Under the pieces are notes generated by a model that saw only the letters and a program-made list of their open reading frames with translations, was not told the DNA's origin and ran no database searches. A DNA stretch of 64,000 nt from Nitrosopumilus sp. (GTDB lineage: Archaea > Thermoproteota > Nitrososphaeria > Nitrososphaerales > Nitrosopumilaceae). Of this stretch, positions 1 to 9,785 are shown one piece after another. Position 1 is the stretch's first letter. Every line of letters begins with the position of its first letter. The stretch spans positions 1,952,001-2,016,000 of the forward strand of contig CBDBLO010000002.1 in the NCBI GenBank assembly GCA_965207075.1, written 5' to 3'. Made by a program: the position numbers and the translations under genes.

Positions 1-183
1 AGACACGTACATGCACCAGATTGTACTTCTCACCCCTTCCCCCTCTCACGCCAAGGCTACGGATTTGGGCGTCAGACAGCGGCAAGAACGCGGTACTGTT
101 TCCAATTCGTGATATGGGCGTCATGTACCGGGATCGTCGCCATAGACCATCATGTTTATAACATATTCGCCCCCACTTTGGAT

Positions 184-663
184 ATGATTCGTGGCGGCGA
201 ACACGAAATTGCAAAAATTAGAGACAAATTAAGACCGGATGAGGAAGTCGCTCTTGTGTCAACACAGAAAAAAGCCGTCAAGCCATCCACGTTCTTCATA
301 ACCAATGAAAGATGTCTAATGCGCGTGCCTGGCATGGTAGGTGACACGATACAATCATGCGAATGGACTGATGTTGGGGACTTTACAATCAAGAAAGGAA
401 TGATGAGAGCCACGATATCATTTGTTCGAACCCAAGGAGGCAGCTTCATAATGTCGGATGTCAGCAAAAATGACGTTGACAAAATGCATGCTCTCATAGA
501 ACGTTATGTTTCCGCAGTAAAGGAGGCAACAAAAACACCAAACCAACCTGCGGCAGCACAATCCGCGCCAGCACAGGATCCGCTTGATGCGCTCAAGATG
601 AAATTGATTAGCGGCGAGATCACCGAAGAGCAATACGCTAAGATGAAGAAGATTTTAGAGTGA
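184..663 (+). CDS. PH-domain protein with C-terminal SHOCT domain
   Basis: bPH-like core (FFITNERCL...IKKGMMRATISF), then a linker and a SHOCT motif (LDALKMKLISGEITEEQYAKMKKIL). ATG at 184 preferred over GTG 109. Confidence 0.7.
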   Translation: MIRGGEHEIAKIRDKLRPDEEVALVSTQKKAVKPSTFFITNERCLMRVPGMVGDTIQSCEWTDVGDFTIKKGMMRATISFVRTQGGSFIMSDVSKNDVDKMHALIERYVSAVKEATKTPNQPAAAQSAPAQDPLDALKMKLISGEITEEQYAKMKKILE

Positions 664-753
664 TTTCTGTTCACACATCCCGATGGCTTCTGACTTTTGG
701 GTATTCTCAAAGATGGGCAAGGAGCTGGCGGATCTATAGTCACGATCAAAAAT

Positions 754-921
754 TCATGCATATTCATATGTCTTTCTGTCAAGGTACGCAAATATATCAA
801 GATTGAATTTTGCTGTTCTATAATATTCTGATACCACATTGCGCATATCCTCAAAAGTGGGATAATATTCCGAGTTCATGACGTCGTGTTTTCCCCTGCC
901 CCAACGGTGCTCCGAGGCATT
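754..921 (-). pseudogene. C-terminal fragment of IS630-family transposase (continuation of 2599-3450)
   Basis: The minus frame reads NASEHRWGRGKHDVMNSEYYPTFEDMRNVVSEYYRTAKFNLDIFAYLDRKTYEYA*. This continues the LPKASPYL motif interrupted at 2599, giving the IS630 SPxLNxxExxW motif. Confidence 0.75.
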
Positions 922-991
922 AGACAATATGCGTAATTGAAGAAAAAATTAAAACAGGCACACATAATGAAGACATATCACGGTGATTCTA

Positions 992-2541
992 GGCGCTTTG
1001 GGGAATTAATCGCATGCGGGAGCGCATAGCCAGGGCCGAGAATTAGTTACGGCTCCAAAAATGTCGTAAAAATGCCCGAATTTCGGCTAATTATGGTGAC
1101 TGCGGCCGCGGAAAAATCCCGACGGGAGGCCGGCTTTTCCGCGATTTGTTTTTGGCGGCGGCAGCCGGCGGCAGGCTGCCGCCGGCGGCACGTCAGCGGC
1201 CCTTTCCGCCGCCGCCGCCACCCAAGACGGACTGCCAGTGGCAATACGTGCCTTTTCGGAGCATGAGCCTCGCGTTGGCAAGCCCGCACGCGACGTTGAA
1301 CTCGGCGTTAAAGCCCTCGAGGGTCCCCTCGTATATGGACGAGACGCGCCTGTAGTGCTTGACGGACGCGATGGCGTTCTCCACTGCGACCCTCTCCTTG
1401 GACAGCCTTTTGTTGTGCCTCTTCTCCTTTTTCGTGAGCTCCCCGCCCCTCGGCTTCCTTATCGGGGTCACCACGTCGGCGCCCGGCAGGTCCTTGTCCA
1501 GGCCTTGGAACCCCGGGTCGCCGAGCACCCGGAGGATCATCCTGCGCGTCCTTTTGGGCGGGTCGGCCTTGAGCACGTCGTCCGCGAACGCCCCGAGGCC
1601 CTCGATGAGATCCCTGGTTATCGTAATATCGTGCGCGCGGCCCTCGCGCGTGCGGCTGATCGCGATCACCATGCCGTCGGGCATGGTCATGAGCACCGTG
1701 TTTCCCGTGTACGCCTTCTTCTTGCCCGAGTACATGGCGTCGCGCACCTCCTTGCCCTGCGCCCTGACGAACCGGACGTGCGTCCCGTCGACCAGTATGG
1801 TGTCGGCCGCCACGCCCCCGGGGAACAGCGCGGAAAACTCCTTGGGCGAGTGGGCGTGCCGCAGGACATCCATGAACCTGTGCGGCGTCGGGAGCATCGT
1901 CGCCAGTATGCGGTCCGCGACCCTGATGTACCTGCACACGGCGGCCTGGTCGACGCCGAACATGACGCCCAGCTGGTCCTGGCAGTTGTTGCGGTACTTG
2001 CGTGTCAGGTCGAGCAGCAGCACGTACGCGGGGTGGAGCGCGCACCTGTTGCCCGGCTCCGACGCCCTCATGGGATCGTCGCGTACGAGCGGGACGTTCC
2101 TGATATAGTCCTCGTACGCGTCCGCGGCCGGGCGCGGGCCCCTCTTTCCCGCGCGCGCCTCCCCGTACTGCCGCCTCCTCTCGATCTCCTCGGCCTCCAT
2201 GACCTCCCACCTCGCGACAAAGGCGCGGTACAGCATCCCGAACTCTTCGCGGTTGTACCCGGTCATCGCGTGCAGTTTTGCATCAGACGCCAGCACTCTT
2301 CTCAGGCTCGCAAGACACAGTTCCGTGTCTCCCGCGCTTTCCAGCAGGGTTCCGGTGGCAGGCACGTCCGACAACCAGTCTTTTTCCTCCGCGCCGTCGC
2401 TGACGCAGAAATATTGATCATCGCCTCCATCTTCGGCCTTCCACGCGGCCTTTAACATCCGCATTCCCATGCCGCATTACCGCGGAGTTTGCTTATAGAT
2501 CTTGTGATTAAGATCACTTAACCCGTTTTCTGGGCAGAGCC
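992..2541 (-). mobile_element. IS5-family (ISL2/PIF-Harbinger-like) insertion sequence
   Basis: CTAG at both ends (989-992, 2541-2544) and imperfect TIRs (ggcgctttggggaa vs ggctctgcccagaa). Encloses a transposase ORF. Confidence 0.65.
1193..2470 (-). CDS. IS5-family transposase (HTH_Tnp_4 + DDE_Tnp_4)
   Basis: Motifs LGVMFGVDQAAVCRYI, ILVDGTHVR, YSGKKK, GRAHDI, GDPGFQG, HNKRLSKERVAVENAI. Confidence 0.9.
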   Translation of the reverse strand: MGMRMLKAAWKAEDGGDDQYFCVSDGAEEKDWLSDVPATGTLLESAGDTELCLASLRRVLASDAKLHAMTGYNREEFGMLYRAFVARWEVMEAEEIERRRQYGEARAGKRGPRPAADAYEDYIRNVPLVRDDPMRASEPGNRCALHPAYVLLLDLTRKYRNNCQDQLGVMFGVDQAAVCRYIRVADRILATMLPTPHRFMDVLRHAHSPKEFSALFPGGVAADTILVDGTHVRFVRAQGKEVRDAMYSGKKKAYTGNTVLMTMPDGMVIAISRTREGRAHDITITRDLIEGLGAFADDVLKADPPKRTRRMILRVLGDPGFQGLDKDLPGADVVTPIRKPRGGELTKKEKRHNKRLSKERVAVENAIASVKHYRRVSSIYEGTLEGFNAEFNVACGLANARLMLRKGTYCHWQSVLGGGGGGKGR

Positions 2542-2598
2542 TAGGCACAAAATTGTCCATGCTCATTATGAATATGCCTATTACGCATATTGTCTAAT

Positions 2599-3450
2599 AA
2601 GGTACGGAGAGGCCTTGGGCAGCTAAATAATCTCGAGGTTTTTGTTTTTGTCGAACTTCTTTTTCATCATTTTGGATTTGTGCGTGGATGCGCGATTCAT
2701 TATCAGTGTGACTTTTTTAAAGTGTCGGAGAAGGGCCCTGACAAACGGGATGAACGTCTTGCTGTTAAAACCCACGGTCGTGGTTCTAAAGAGCTGCCGC
2801 CCCTTGTCAGTAATTGCTCCCAGCACTGTCAGCCTCTTGCGTCCCTCCGCATGTGTAACCTTTACCGGGGTTCCCATGGGGGACCAATACTTGTGACCCG
2901 CCGCGTCATTATGTATGAAGAATGCCTCGTCCATCGCCGCAACGGCGAATCCGGCCCTTTTCGGACGTACAATGCGCCTCTTCGTCCGGTGGCGCTGCGA
3001 GCTTGTCGTCCCGCTGCCCGCGCGTATGGCGCGCCGCGGTGGCTGTCTTGGTGGAGGGCCCGGCCCTCCCTACATGAGCCTCCTGACGTACGTCGCGTGG
3101 AACAGGATCCTCTCCCTCCCTTTTGACGTACCTTGTGCGGGGGTTCCGCGGGGCGGTCTCTGCCCGTCCCGCCCGACAGCATGTCATCCATCGTCGCCCG
3201 TCTGATCTTCGGAGGCCTTCCGCTACCGGGAGGGCTAAGGGGCGTCTACCCCGCCCTCCTCAAACCGCCTTGCCCGCGCCAAGACCCGGTTCAGACACCG
3301 CATGAGCGAGTTAGCCTGCGCGCTGCGCGCTCTCCGGGTTGCAATACGCTGCGTTCACCGCGGCCATCCTCTCGACCGCCCTTGGATCCTTTTCCCTTCG
3401 GTAGACCTGTTTGGGCCCGCTACTGCCCTTTGCGAGTAGTTTTTAGACCC
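2599..3450 (-). pseudogene. IS630-family transposase pseudogene (N-terminal and central part)
   Basis: DDE_3-type motifs MDEAFF...YWSPMG...LTVLGAI...FNSKTFIPFV...IMNRASTHKSK, an in-frame stop before LPKASPYL, and frameshifted HTH remnants (YRREKDPRAVERMAAVN, RFEEGG, GSGRPPKI). Confidence 0.8.
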
Positions 3451-3566
3451 GCAATCGTCTTTTCCGAGTCGGAGTAGGACTCGCGCCGTCTTGCCTGCTC
3501 GGATTCCCTTCCGGATGATTCGCCCGGACGCCTTCCCGTCCGGTCCCTTTTTTGCGCCCCCTGGCG

Positions 3567-4256
3567 CTAAGTGCCGGCAGGTATGATGCCGCTGCCCACG
3601 AGCCACTCTATCCCGGCCGCAAACTCGTCGTCGGACACGTCGCCGGACACCCAGTACCCGGCGCTCGTTCTTATCCAATCCGGCACGGCCCCGGACCCGT
3701 CAGGGTCTGTCCCGCCCGGATCCCCGATGACGATCACCCCACTCTGTATCAGAAATCCGACTGCCCGGACAAAGTCGTCGTCGTCGATCTGGCCGTCCAC
3801 CCAGAACCCCGCAACTGTCTTCACCCACTCCGGTATGTGGACGCCCGGATCGGCCCCCGCTCCCGTCACGCTCACCGTGGCCTGCGCGGTCCTGTGTGTG
3901 CATATCTGCCTGTGCTGCTCCCAGCACATGCTGGTGACCGTGACTGAATAGTCACCCGGCATGCTGCCCTCGGGCAACCCGAACACGTACTCGAACTCCC
4001 CGTTGGAATCGCTGGTTACAAAGGTTTCGGAGACCTGCGTGCGGTCCGGATCCGAGACCCTTATGTTCAGCAGCACGTCCGGGGTGGGACTCCCGCCATA
4101 CTCGACCCAGCCCGCAATGATCAGATCATCTGCAAAAAGGTACTCCAGATCCCCGCCGGCCGTCAGGACCGGCACGGAGACGTGGGTCGAATGCGCGTCT
4201 TGGATTCCGGCCACGGCCGTTACGGCGGCGACGGCGGCCAGCGCCACTGCGGCCAT
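3567..4256 (-). CDS. Secreted Ig-like protein with two thaumarchaeal IPxW-type C-terminal repeats
   Basis: Signal peptide (MAAVALAAVAAVTAVAG), a beta-sandwich segment, then IPEWVKTVAGFWVDGQIDDDDFVRAVGFLI and VPDWIRTSAGYWVSGDVSDDEFAAGIEWLV. Confidence 0.75.
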   Translation of the reverse strand: MAAVALAAVAAVTAVAGIQDAHSTHVSVPVLTAGGDLEYLFADDLIIAGWVEYGGSPTPDVLLNIRVSDPDRTQVSETFVTSDSNGEFEYVFGLPEGSMPGDYSVTVTSMCWEQHRQICTHRTAQATVSVTGAGADPGVHIPEWVKTVAGFWVDGQIDDDDFVRAVGFLIQSGVIVIGDPGGTDPDGSGAVPDWIRTSAGYWVSGDVSDDEFAAGIEWLVGSGIIPAGT

Positions 4257-4416
4257 CTCACGGTTCCCCACGTTGTAATTCCGGACGCGGCAAATAACTA
4301 GATTGCGCGCGGGCCCGGATCCCGGAGCGGCCCTTGGGGGGAGCGTGCGGCCTGCAAAATACGCGCGCCCGCCTCGGCTGCGGAAACGTGGGGACAAAGT
4401 CCGCACGGCCCTCCGT

Positions 4417-5412
4417 CTATCTGTATTCGGATCCGCAGTCCCCGATCGCAGAATACAGATCGTTTGAGCGAGCAGTCACCTCCTCAATCTGCGAATAGTC
4501 ATCGGAGCCGAGCCTTGATGAGAACACCCCTAGGTTGTCACCTATGTGGTTGACAATCCCGAGCCTCGCGCCGATGATGGCGCCCGCCACCCCGGGCCTG
4601 TCCAGAACGTAGCGTACAGCAACGTTTGCGATGCTTGCCTGGCGCCTCTCTGCAACCTGATCCAGCGCCGACAAGAGCTCTTGGAACAGCGGCCATCCGC
4701 CCCAGGCGTCTATCATGTTCTTGTATTTCTGCAGGCTGTACGTTGAAAGCTCCAGACGTTCAGGCTCCGCGGCCCCCAGGTACCTCTCGGAGAGGAACCC
4801 GCCAAGCAGCGTCCCGTAGGCCAGCATCCCTATCCCGTACCTCTGGCAGAACGGAGCCATTGCAACCTGCGGCCTGCAGTCGAGCACCGAGTGCTGCACT
4901 TGGTTTGAGACCGGCGTCACGCCCTTGTCCACCATCACCTCCATACGCCGCGTGTCAAAGTTTGTCAGCGCCAGATGCCTGATCTTTCCCTCGTCGCGTA
5001 GGATCTCCAGATGGCGCAGTGCGTCCAAGTACGACGGGTTGCCATAGTCCCACCAGTGAAACTGCAGCAGGTCTATGGCGTCCACGTTCATCCTGCTGAT
5101 CGACCTGTCAATGTGGTGCTCCACGATGCTCCTCGTCATGGGTCCGGGGCTGGGAACGAACTTTGTCAACGCGACCGACCTCTGTCTCTGCCCGGGGTCG
5201 AGTCCGTCCCGAAACCTGCCAAGAAATTCCTCGGCGGGGCCGTAGATGTCCGCCATGTCCCATGCGGTCAATCCCGCGTCGTGGTAAAGCCCCATCTCGG
5301 AGACCGCGTCATCCGGCGCAATCACGCCGTGGCCCCCGGCCACCTGCCACATCCCGTTTATGATCCGCGGGATTGCAAGACTTCCAAGCGTGGCAGACTC
5401 TATTGCGGCCAT
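4417..5412 (-). CDS. Aldo/keto reductase
   Basis: Motifs GMWQ, DMADIYGPAE, TKF, IDLLQFHWW, GKIRHLALTNF, NQVQHS, IIGAR. Confidence 0.9.
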   Translation of the reverse strand: MAAIESATLGSLAIPRIINGMWQVAGGHGVIAPDDAVSEMGLYHDAGLTAWDMADIYGPAEEFLGRFRDGLDPGQRQRSVALTKFVPSPGPMTRSIVEHHIDRSISRMNVDAIDLLQFHWWDYGNPSYLDALRHLEILRDEGKIRHLALTNFDTRRMEVMVDKGVTPVSNQVQHSVLDCRPQVAMAPFCQRYGIGMLAYGTLLGGFLSERYLGAAEPERLELSTYSLQKYKNMIDAWGGWPLFQELLSALDQVAERRQASIANVAVRYVLDRPGVAGAIIGARLGIVNHIGDNLGVFSSRLGSDDYSQIEEVTARSNDLYSAIGDCGSEYR

Positions 5413-5853
5413 CGTAACCGACACGCGGGCATGCTCATTGAATAATGTATTGTGCCCAGAATCGCGTTCGGGTCGGCTTCGATTCGTGTCCGGATTCCCG
5501 GAAAGCTTTCGTGCGTAAATGGATTCATGCACGCCTATGCCGTTATCGCCGCCGTCACGGCCGCAGCCGCCTCACTGTCCTGGGGTGACACAGCATGGAG
5601 CTGTGCGCGGCCAAATTTGTGCCGATCCCATAGCTTATGGTAGTCCCCAACGAAGTAGAGCCCGCTGATCTGCCAGATCTGGTGGGGCATCTTGCCCTCG
5701 GGTTTAGGGTTATGGCCACGGCACTGTGCTGGTGCCTGTAGCGCCTCTAGCACGCGCTCAAGCTGTCCAGCGCAAACTTGATGCACAGAGAGTCGGTTGC
5801 GACAGGGTCAAAGACTACTAGTTCGTGTGACATTCCTACCCATAATCCTTTTG

Positions 5854-7233
5854 TTATTGCATCTCTAGGATTGCTTCTCTTTGTGTAATGCTTTCTATTC
5901 CACTCGACAGGTCATTGCTTGCCCTTCGCAGTTGATCCTGCAGTGACTTTCTGGTCTTCCATAGAGTCTCGTGATCTCTCTCCTCCTTGCTCTGTAGTGT
6001 GAACAGGTCCTCGTTGACTCTGTGGAATGATTCTAGAATCATTGAGAATTCACTGCTGTTTATGTACTCGTACAGTTTTGACTGTTTTGCATCCTGATCC
6101 TCCTTGCTCTTTGTCAGCTTTGATATCTCGATTATGCCAGTACGGATCTGCCGTGCCACCTCTGTCACTATGGAATGATTGACAAGTAGTACGCCGTCTT
6201 GGTTTCCCAAGAGTCCGTTGGGTACCGATTTTTTGGGCAAGTTGCGTGCAACTATAAGTACATAATTGGTGCCGTGAATCTTTTTGTACTTTTTTGCTTT
6301 TTCAATGTCCTTTTTTGTCACAGTGGCGGCAGACTTGTTGTCGTATACGATCAGTGTGTCCAAGAATCCAGTCGTTGTACGTATCTGTTGAATCAAATCC
6401 CCGCTGGAGGTTCCCCTCTTCTGTCTTTTGAACAGGTCATCGGTAAAGGTGTGCGTCAAGGTGGCGTACAGATCCTGTTCCCCGACCTCGCCCTTGAGCT
6501 CCGGCTGTGTTTTGGCAATCTTTAATTCTTCAAGATCTTTGTTGGCGCGCTCGATCTGAGTCTCTTTTTGCCTCAGGTCATCTTCTAGTTTGAAAACACG
6601 TTCACTAAACTCATTTCTCACTGAGCTTTGAATTTCTTTTTTAAACGAAATTTGATTCTTCTTCATCTGCTGAATTTCTCTATTCTTTTCTCCAAGTTCT
6701 TTCTTGAGTCTTTCTTGACCTTCCCTCTTGAGATCTGCCTGCTCTTTCTTCATGTCACGAATCTGTCGGGCTTTCTCTTCAAGATCTTTTTTGTGGGCGG
6801 ATTTGACTTCGCGCTCATACGTCTTTAGTCTCTTCTTTTCCACCTGAATCATTGTGTCATAGTTCTGTTTTTGTTGCCTACCCAACTCCTCAAACTGCTT
6901 TTGGTTTTGTTTGGTGATTTTTTCATAGTTTTTTTCCATGTCGGCGATTTGTTTGTCGTGCATTGACTCTAAGCTCTTTTTTAGTTTCTCTACCTCTTCG
7001 TCATGGATGACTTGGTTGCTCTTCTCTTCCTTTTTGTGTTGTTCTTCAAGTTTTCTTATTTGTTCTTCATATTTTTCGGCTCTCTTCTTCCCATCCTGCT
7101 CGTATCTCTGTTTGACTTCAACCTCTAGTTGCGAGCGGGCCTTGACATACTCGTCAGATGCAAGGGGCTTGTTGCATAATGGGCACCTTGTATCTTTCAG
7201 GTCTAGAACCTTTGCCTTCATATGGCTCTGCAT
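5854..7233 (-). CDS. DUF2130-like coiled-coil protein with N-terminal Zn knuckle and C-terminal nuclease-like domain
   Basis: CPLC, a long E/K coiled coil, then KGEVGEQDL...F..D....K.G..GD..Q...IVYDNK. The DNA is noticeably more AT-rich than its neighbours. Confidence 0.75.
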   Translation of the reverse strand: MQSHMKAKVLDLKDTRCPLCNKPLASDEYVKARSQLEVEVKQRYEQDGKKRAEKYEEQIRKLEEQHKKEEKSNQVIHDEEVEKLKKSLESMHDKQIADMEKNYEKITKQNQKQFEELGRQQKQNYDTMIQVEKKRLKTYEREVKSAHKKDLEEKARQIRDMKKEQADLKREGQERLKKELGEKNREIQQMKKNQISFKKEIQSSVRNEFSERVFKLEDDLRQKETQIERANKDLEELKIAKTQPELKGEVGEQDLYATLTHTFTDDLFKRQKRGTSSGDLIQQIRTTTGFLDTLIVYDNKSAATVTKKDIEKAKKYKKIHGTNYVLIVARNLPKKSVPNGLLGNQDGVLLVNHSIVTEVARQIRTGIIEISKLTKSKEDQDAKQSKLYEYINSSEFSMILESFHRVNEDLFTLQSKEERDHETLWKTRKSLQDQLRRASNDLSSGIESITQREAILEMQ

Positions 7234-7289
7234 CTACATGCCATAAGATAAACATGTCTATTCTTGGCCTCAGTTGAGTTGTCCTGTAA

Positions 7290-7600
7290 GTACTTCATCC
7301 TTTATGCACGCACGACAGGATAGAAAAGGTGGCAGTAAAGATGCCGGAGAAGCTGCGCAAGACGGGAGACACAAAGACCACGGATCTGATCTGGTGGCGC
7401 CAATCATGAAAAGTTTGATTGGAGAGGGAGACAAAGTATACAATCCCAAAGGCATCATGATGCAAAAGACATGCAGTTATGACAGCACTTGAATGAGAAT
7501 ATTTTGAGAAACAGAGGTCAGGCCAATTCTCGAGATGGACGTTTCATTATGTTGTCGCAACAGTCGTATATACTCTGCAAAATCAGACGGAGACGAGCAA
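7290..7600 (+). pseudogene. Possible degraded IS5/IS903-like transposase remnant
   Basis: Interrupted frame DHGSDLVAPIMKSL...SYDST*..F*E.EVRPI, which resembles the HD...YDS...I.PI region of IS903-like transposases. Weak. Confidence 0.3.
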
Positions 7601-7609
7601 ACTAAGCGA

Positions 7610-9136
7610 TTATACGCTCTTGGCCTGCTTGTTGAGGGACGCGAATGCCTCGTCAACACTTTTTTGGCGCTCCCCAAGCGCGCTCCGGAGCCTTGTGATG
7701 GCCCTTTTGCGGGCAGATATCATGCGTTTTTGCTCCGCGTACCCCGACGAGCCCTTCGAGACCCGGCCGCGCAGGGACGGGACAGGCCCAAGGGACGACG
7801 TGATGACATGCAGTATCTTTGGATCAGATGCGGTGGGGGACAATTTTGCATCAACTAAGCCCCCCTTCCTGAGCGCGCCCCTGACATCGCTTGCAGTCAT
7901 CTTGCGGACTGATTTTCTTATCGCATGGGCGTGCTGTACAAGCAGGGCCGCCGTGCCGTGCGCCGTCCGGAACGGCACGTCATGCTCAAGCACGAGTCGC
8001 TCGGCCACGTCTAGCGCCACCAGGTCGCTTGCCTCCGCCACGCGGCGCATACGGGTCTTGTTTACGCGCATGCCGCCGAGCACTGACTGGACTGCAAGCA
8101 GGGCCGATACTCCGGTATCCGATATCATCCACAGGAGTGGCTTTGTACGCTGCAGGTCTCGCCCGTACCCGGAGGCAAGCCCCCCCACTATCCCCAGTAT
8201 GGCGCCCGTGTATCCGGCCGCCTCGGCCGCCCTGGCGCGCGTGATCTCCAGCACGTCTGGGTTCTTCTTCTGGGGCATTGCGCTCGACGGCGAAGATATG
8301 TCGTCCTCCAGCTCCACAAATGAGAACTCCGACGTGGACCACACCACTATATCCTCGGCCAGTCGACTTAGGTTGGACATCATTATGGAGACCGCGGCCG
8401 CGTACTCGGCCGCAAAGTCGCGGGTGCCGGTCGCGTCAAGTGAGTTCTCCAGTATACCATCAAAGCCCAGCAGCTCTGCTGTATAAGCGCGGTCAATCGG
8501 CAGGCTTGTCCCGCCCACGGGCCCCGCCCCGAGCGGGCTCTTGTTCACGCGCCCGTAGGCGTCAGACAGCCTCTCATAGTCCCTGAGCAGCGCGTCGGCG
8601 TGGGCGAGCAGCCAGTGCGAGAACAGCCCCGCTTGGGCCTGCTGCATGTGCGTGTACAGCGGCATGACGGTGCGCCTGTGGTTTGACGCGAAGAGTACCA
8701 TGGACTCGGCTACATCCAGGATGTGGCCACACATCACATTGATGTCGTCTCGGACCTTCATGCGTATATCGAGCGCCACCTGGTCGTTCCTCGAGCGGGC
8801 CGCGTGCATCCTGCCGCCGTGCGCGGCCCCCGCCCTTTCGACTACGAGCGACTCGACGAGCTCGTGTATGTCCTCTGCGGCGCCCGCGTTCTTCCCGTCA
8901 TACGTGGAGCCGCTCCGCGCAAACAGGCTCCGCCGTCTCCGCAGGATCTCGGATAGCGCCCCCAGTATGCGGCGGGCCGACGTCCGCGATATGATCCCCG
9001 TCTTTAGCAGCATAAGCACGTGGGCCTGGCTGCCCAGTATGTCATAGCGTATGATCTCCGCATCCTCCTCTGCCGAGGACAGGTAGCCGAGGATCCTGGG
9101 GTCGGGCCCGCCGTCCCCCATGCGCGCACGGTACAT
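7610..9136 (-). CDS. argH: Argininosuccinate lyase
   Basis: Motifs EDIHELVES, H.ARSRNDQVA, MPLYTHMQQAQ, SPLGAG, SSAMPQKKNPD.LE, VPFRTAH. Confidence 0.95.
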   Translation of the reverse strand: MYRARMGDGGPDPRILGYLSSAEEDAEIIRYDILGSQAHVLMLLKTGIISRTSARRILGALSEILRRRRSLFARSGSTYDGKNAGAAEDIHELVESLVVERAGAAHGGRMHAARSRNDQVALDIRMKVRDDINVMCGHILDVAESMVLFASNHRRTVMPLYTHMQQAQAGLFSHWLLAHADALLRDYERLSDAYGRVNKSPLGAGPVGGTSLPIDRAYTAELLGFDGILENSLDATGTRDFAAEYAAAVSIMMSNLSRLAEDIVVWSTSEFSFVELEDDISSPSSAMPQKKNPDVLEITRARAAEAAGYTGAILGIVGGLASGYGRDLQRTKPLLWMISDTGVSALLAVQSVLGGMRVNKTRMRRVAEASDLVALDVAERLVLEHDVPFRTAHGTAALLVQHAHAIRKSVRKMTASDVRGALRKGGLVDAKLSPTASDPKILHVITSSLGPVPSLRGRVSKGSSGYAEQKRMISARKRAITRLRSALGERQKSVDEAFASLNKQAKSV

Positions 9137-9186
9137 GGCGTTACTTCTCTAATGGTTATATATAGCATAAATGGGAGTGATGCCAT

Positions 9187-9672
9187 ATGAGCCAGCAGGA
9201 GATCAAGCAGAAGAGGGTCAAGATATTTGACGAGCTCTCAAAGATCGTGGATCCGGAGATAGACATGTCCATAGTGGAGCTGGAGCTCATAGACGAGGTC
9301 GACATAAGCGACAGCGACGTGAGGGTGGACCTTCACCTCACAAGCCCGTTCTGCCCCGCGATATACGGGTTCAAGATATGCCAGGACATACACGACAACC
9401 TGCTGATGGTAGACGGCGTCGACGACGTAAAGGTGAACGTCTCAAACCACTTTATGGCAGAGCAGATAAACCAGCAGGTCAACAACTCGCCGAACCCCAA
9501 AAAGGCGGCCGGTGGGAGTCAGGGCGCGTCGCAGGCAGGCGAGCCGGCAAAGGGAGCGGAGGGTTCCGATTCATCAACGTCAACAACATCACCATCGCCA
9601 TCAACATCACAGCCAGAGGCATCCACGCCCCCGCCACAGGCGTCATCGTGGTCCACTGACGCGCCGAAATAG
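9187..9672 (+). CDS. DUF59/SufT (PaaD-like) Fe-S cluster assembly protein with S/T/P-rich tail
   Basis: IVDPEIDMSIVELELI...LHLTSPFCP motif. Confidence 0.85.
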   Translation: MSQQEIKQKRVKIFDELSKIVDPEIDMSIVELELIDEVDISDSDVRVDLHLTSPFCPAIYGFKICQDIHDNLLMVDGVDDVKVNVSNHFMAEQINQQVNNSPNPKKAAGGSQGASQAGEPAKGAEGSDSSTSTTSPSPSTSQPEASTPPPQASSWSTDAPK

Positions 9673-9785
9673 TTGGCGGCGGCAACCGCAGCACCCACCA
9701 CAATTACCAAGCATCCTTGTCTTGCTGTGTGACGGCAACGGATCCGTCAATCTCTTTTGCGCCGCACCCGGCACAATAACCATTG

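Larger units (their letters stand above)
919..2598. mobile_element. MITE-like element (~128 bp after removing the nested IS) with 19-bp perfect TIRs
   Basis: attagacaatatgcgtaat at 919-937 and its exact reverse complement at 2580-2598. It interrupts the IS630 frame between SPYL and NASE. Confidence 0.75.

Noticed and set aside
5535-5800. Short ORF as a possible TnpB/transposase remnant
   Set aside because: No convincing RuvC or zinc-finger motif could be read.
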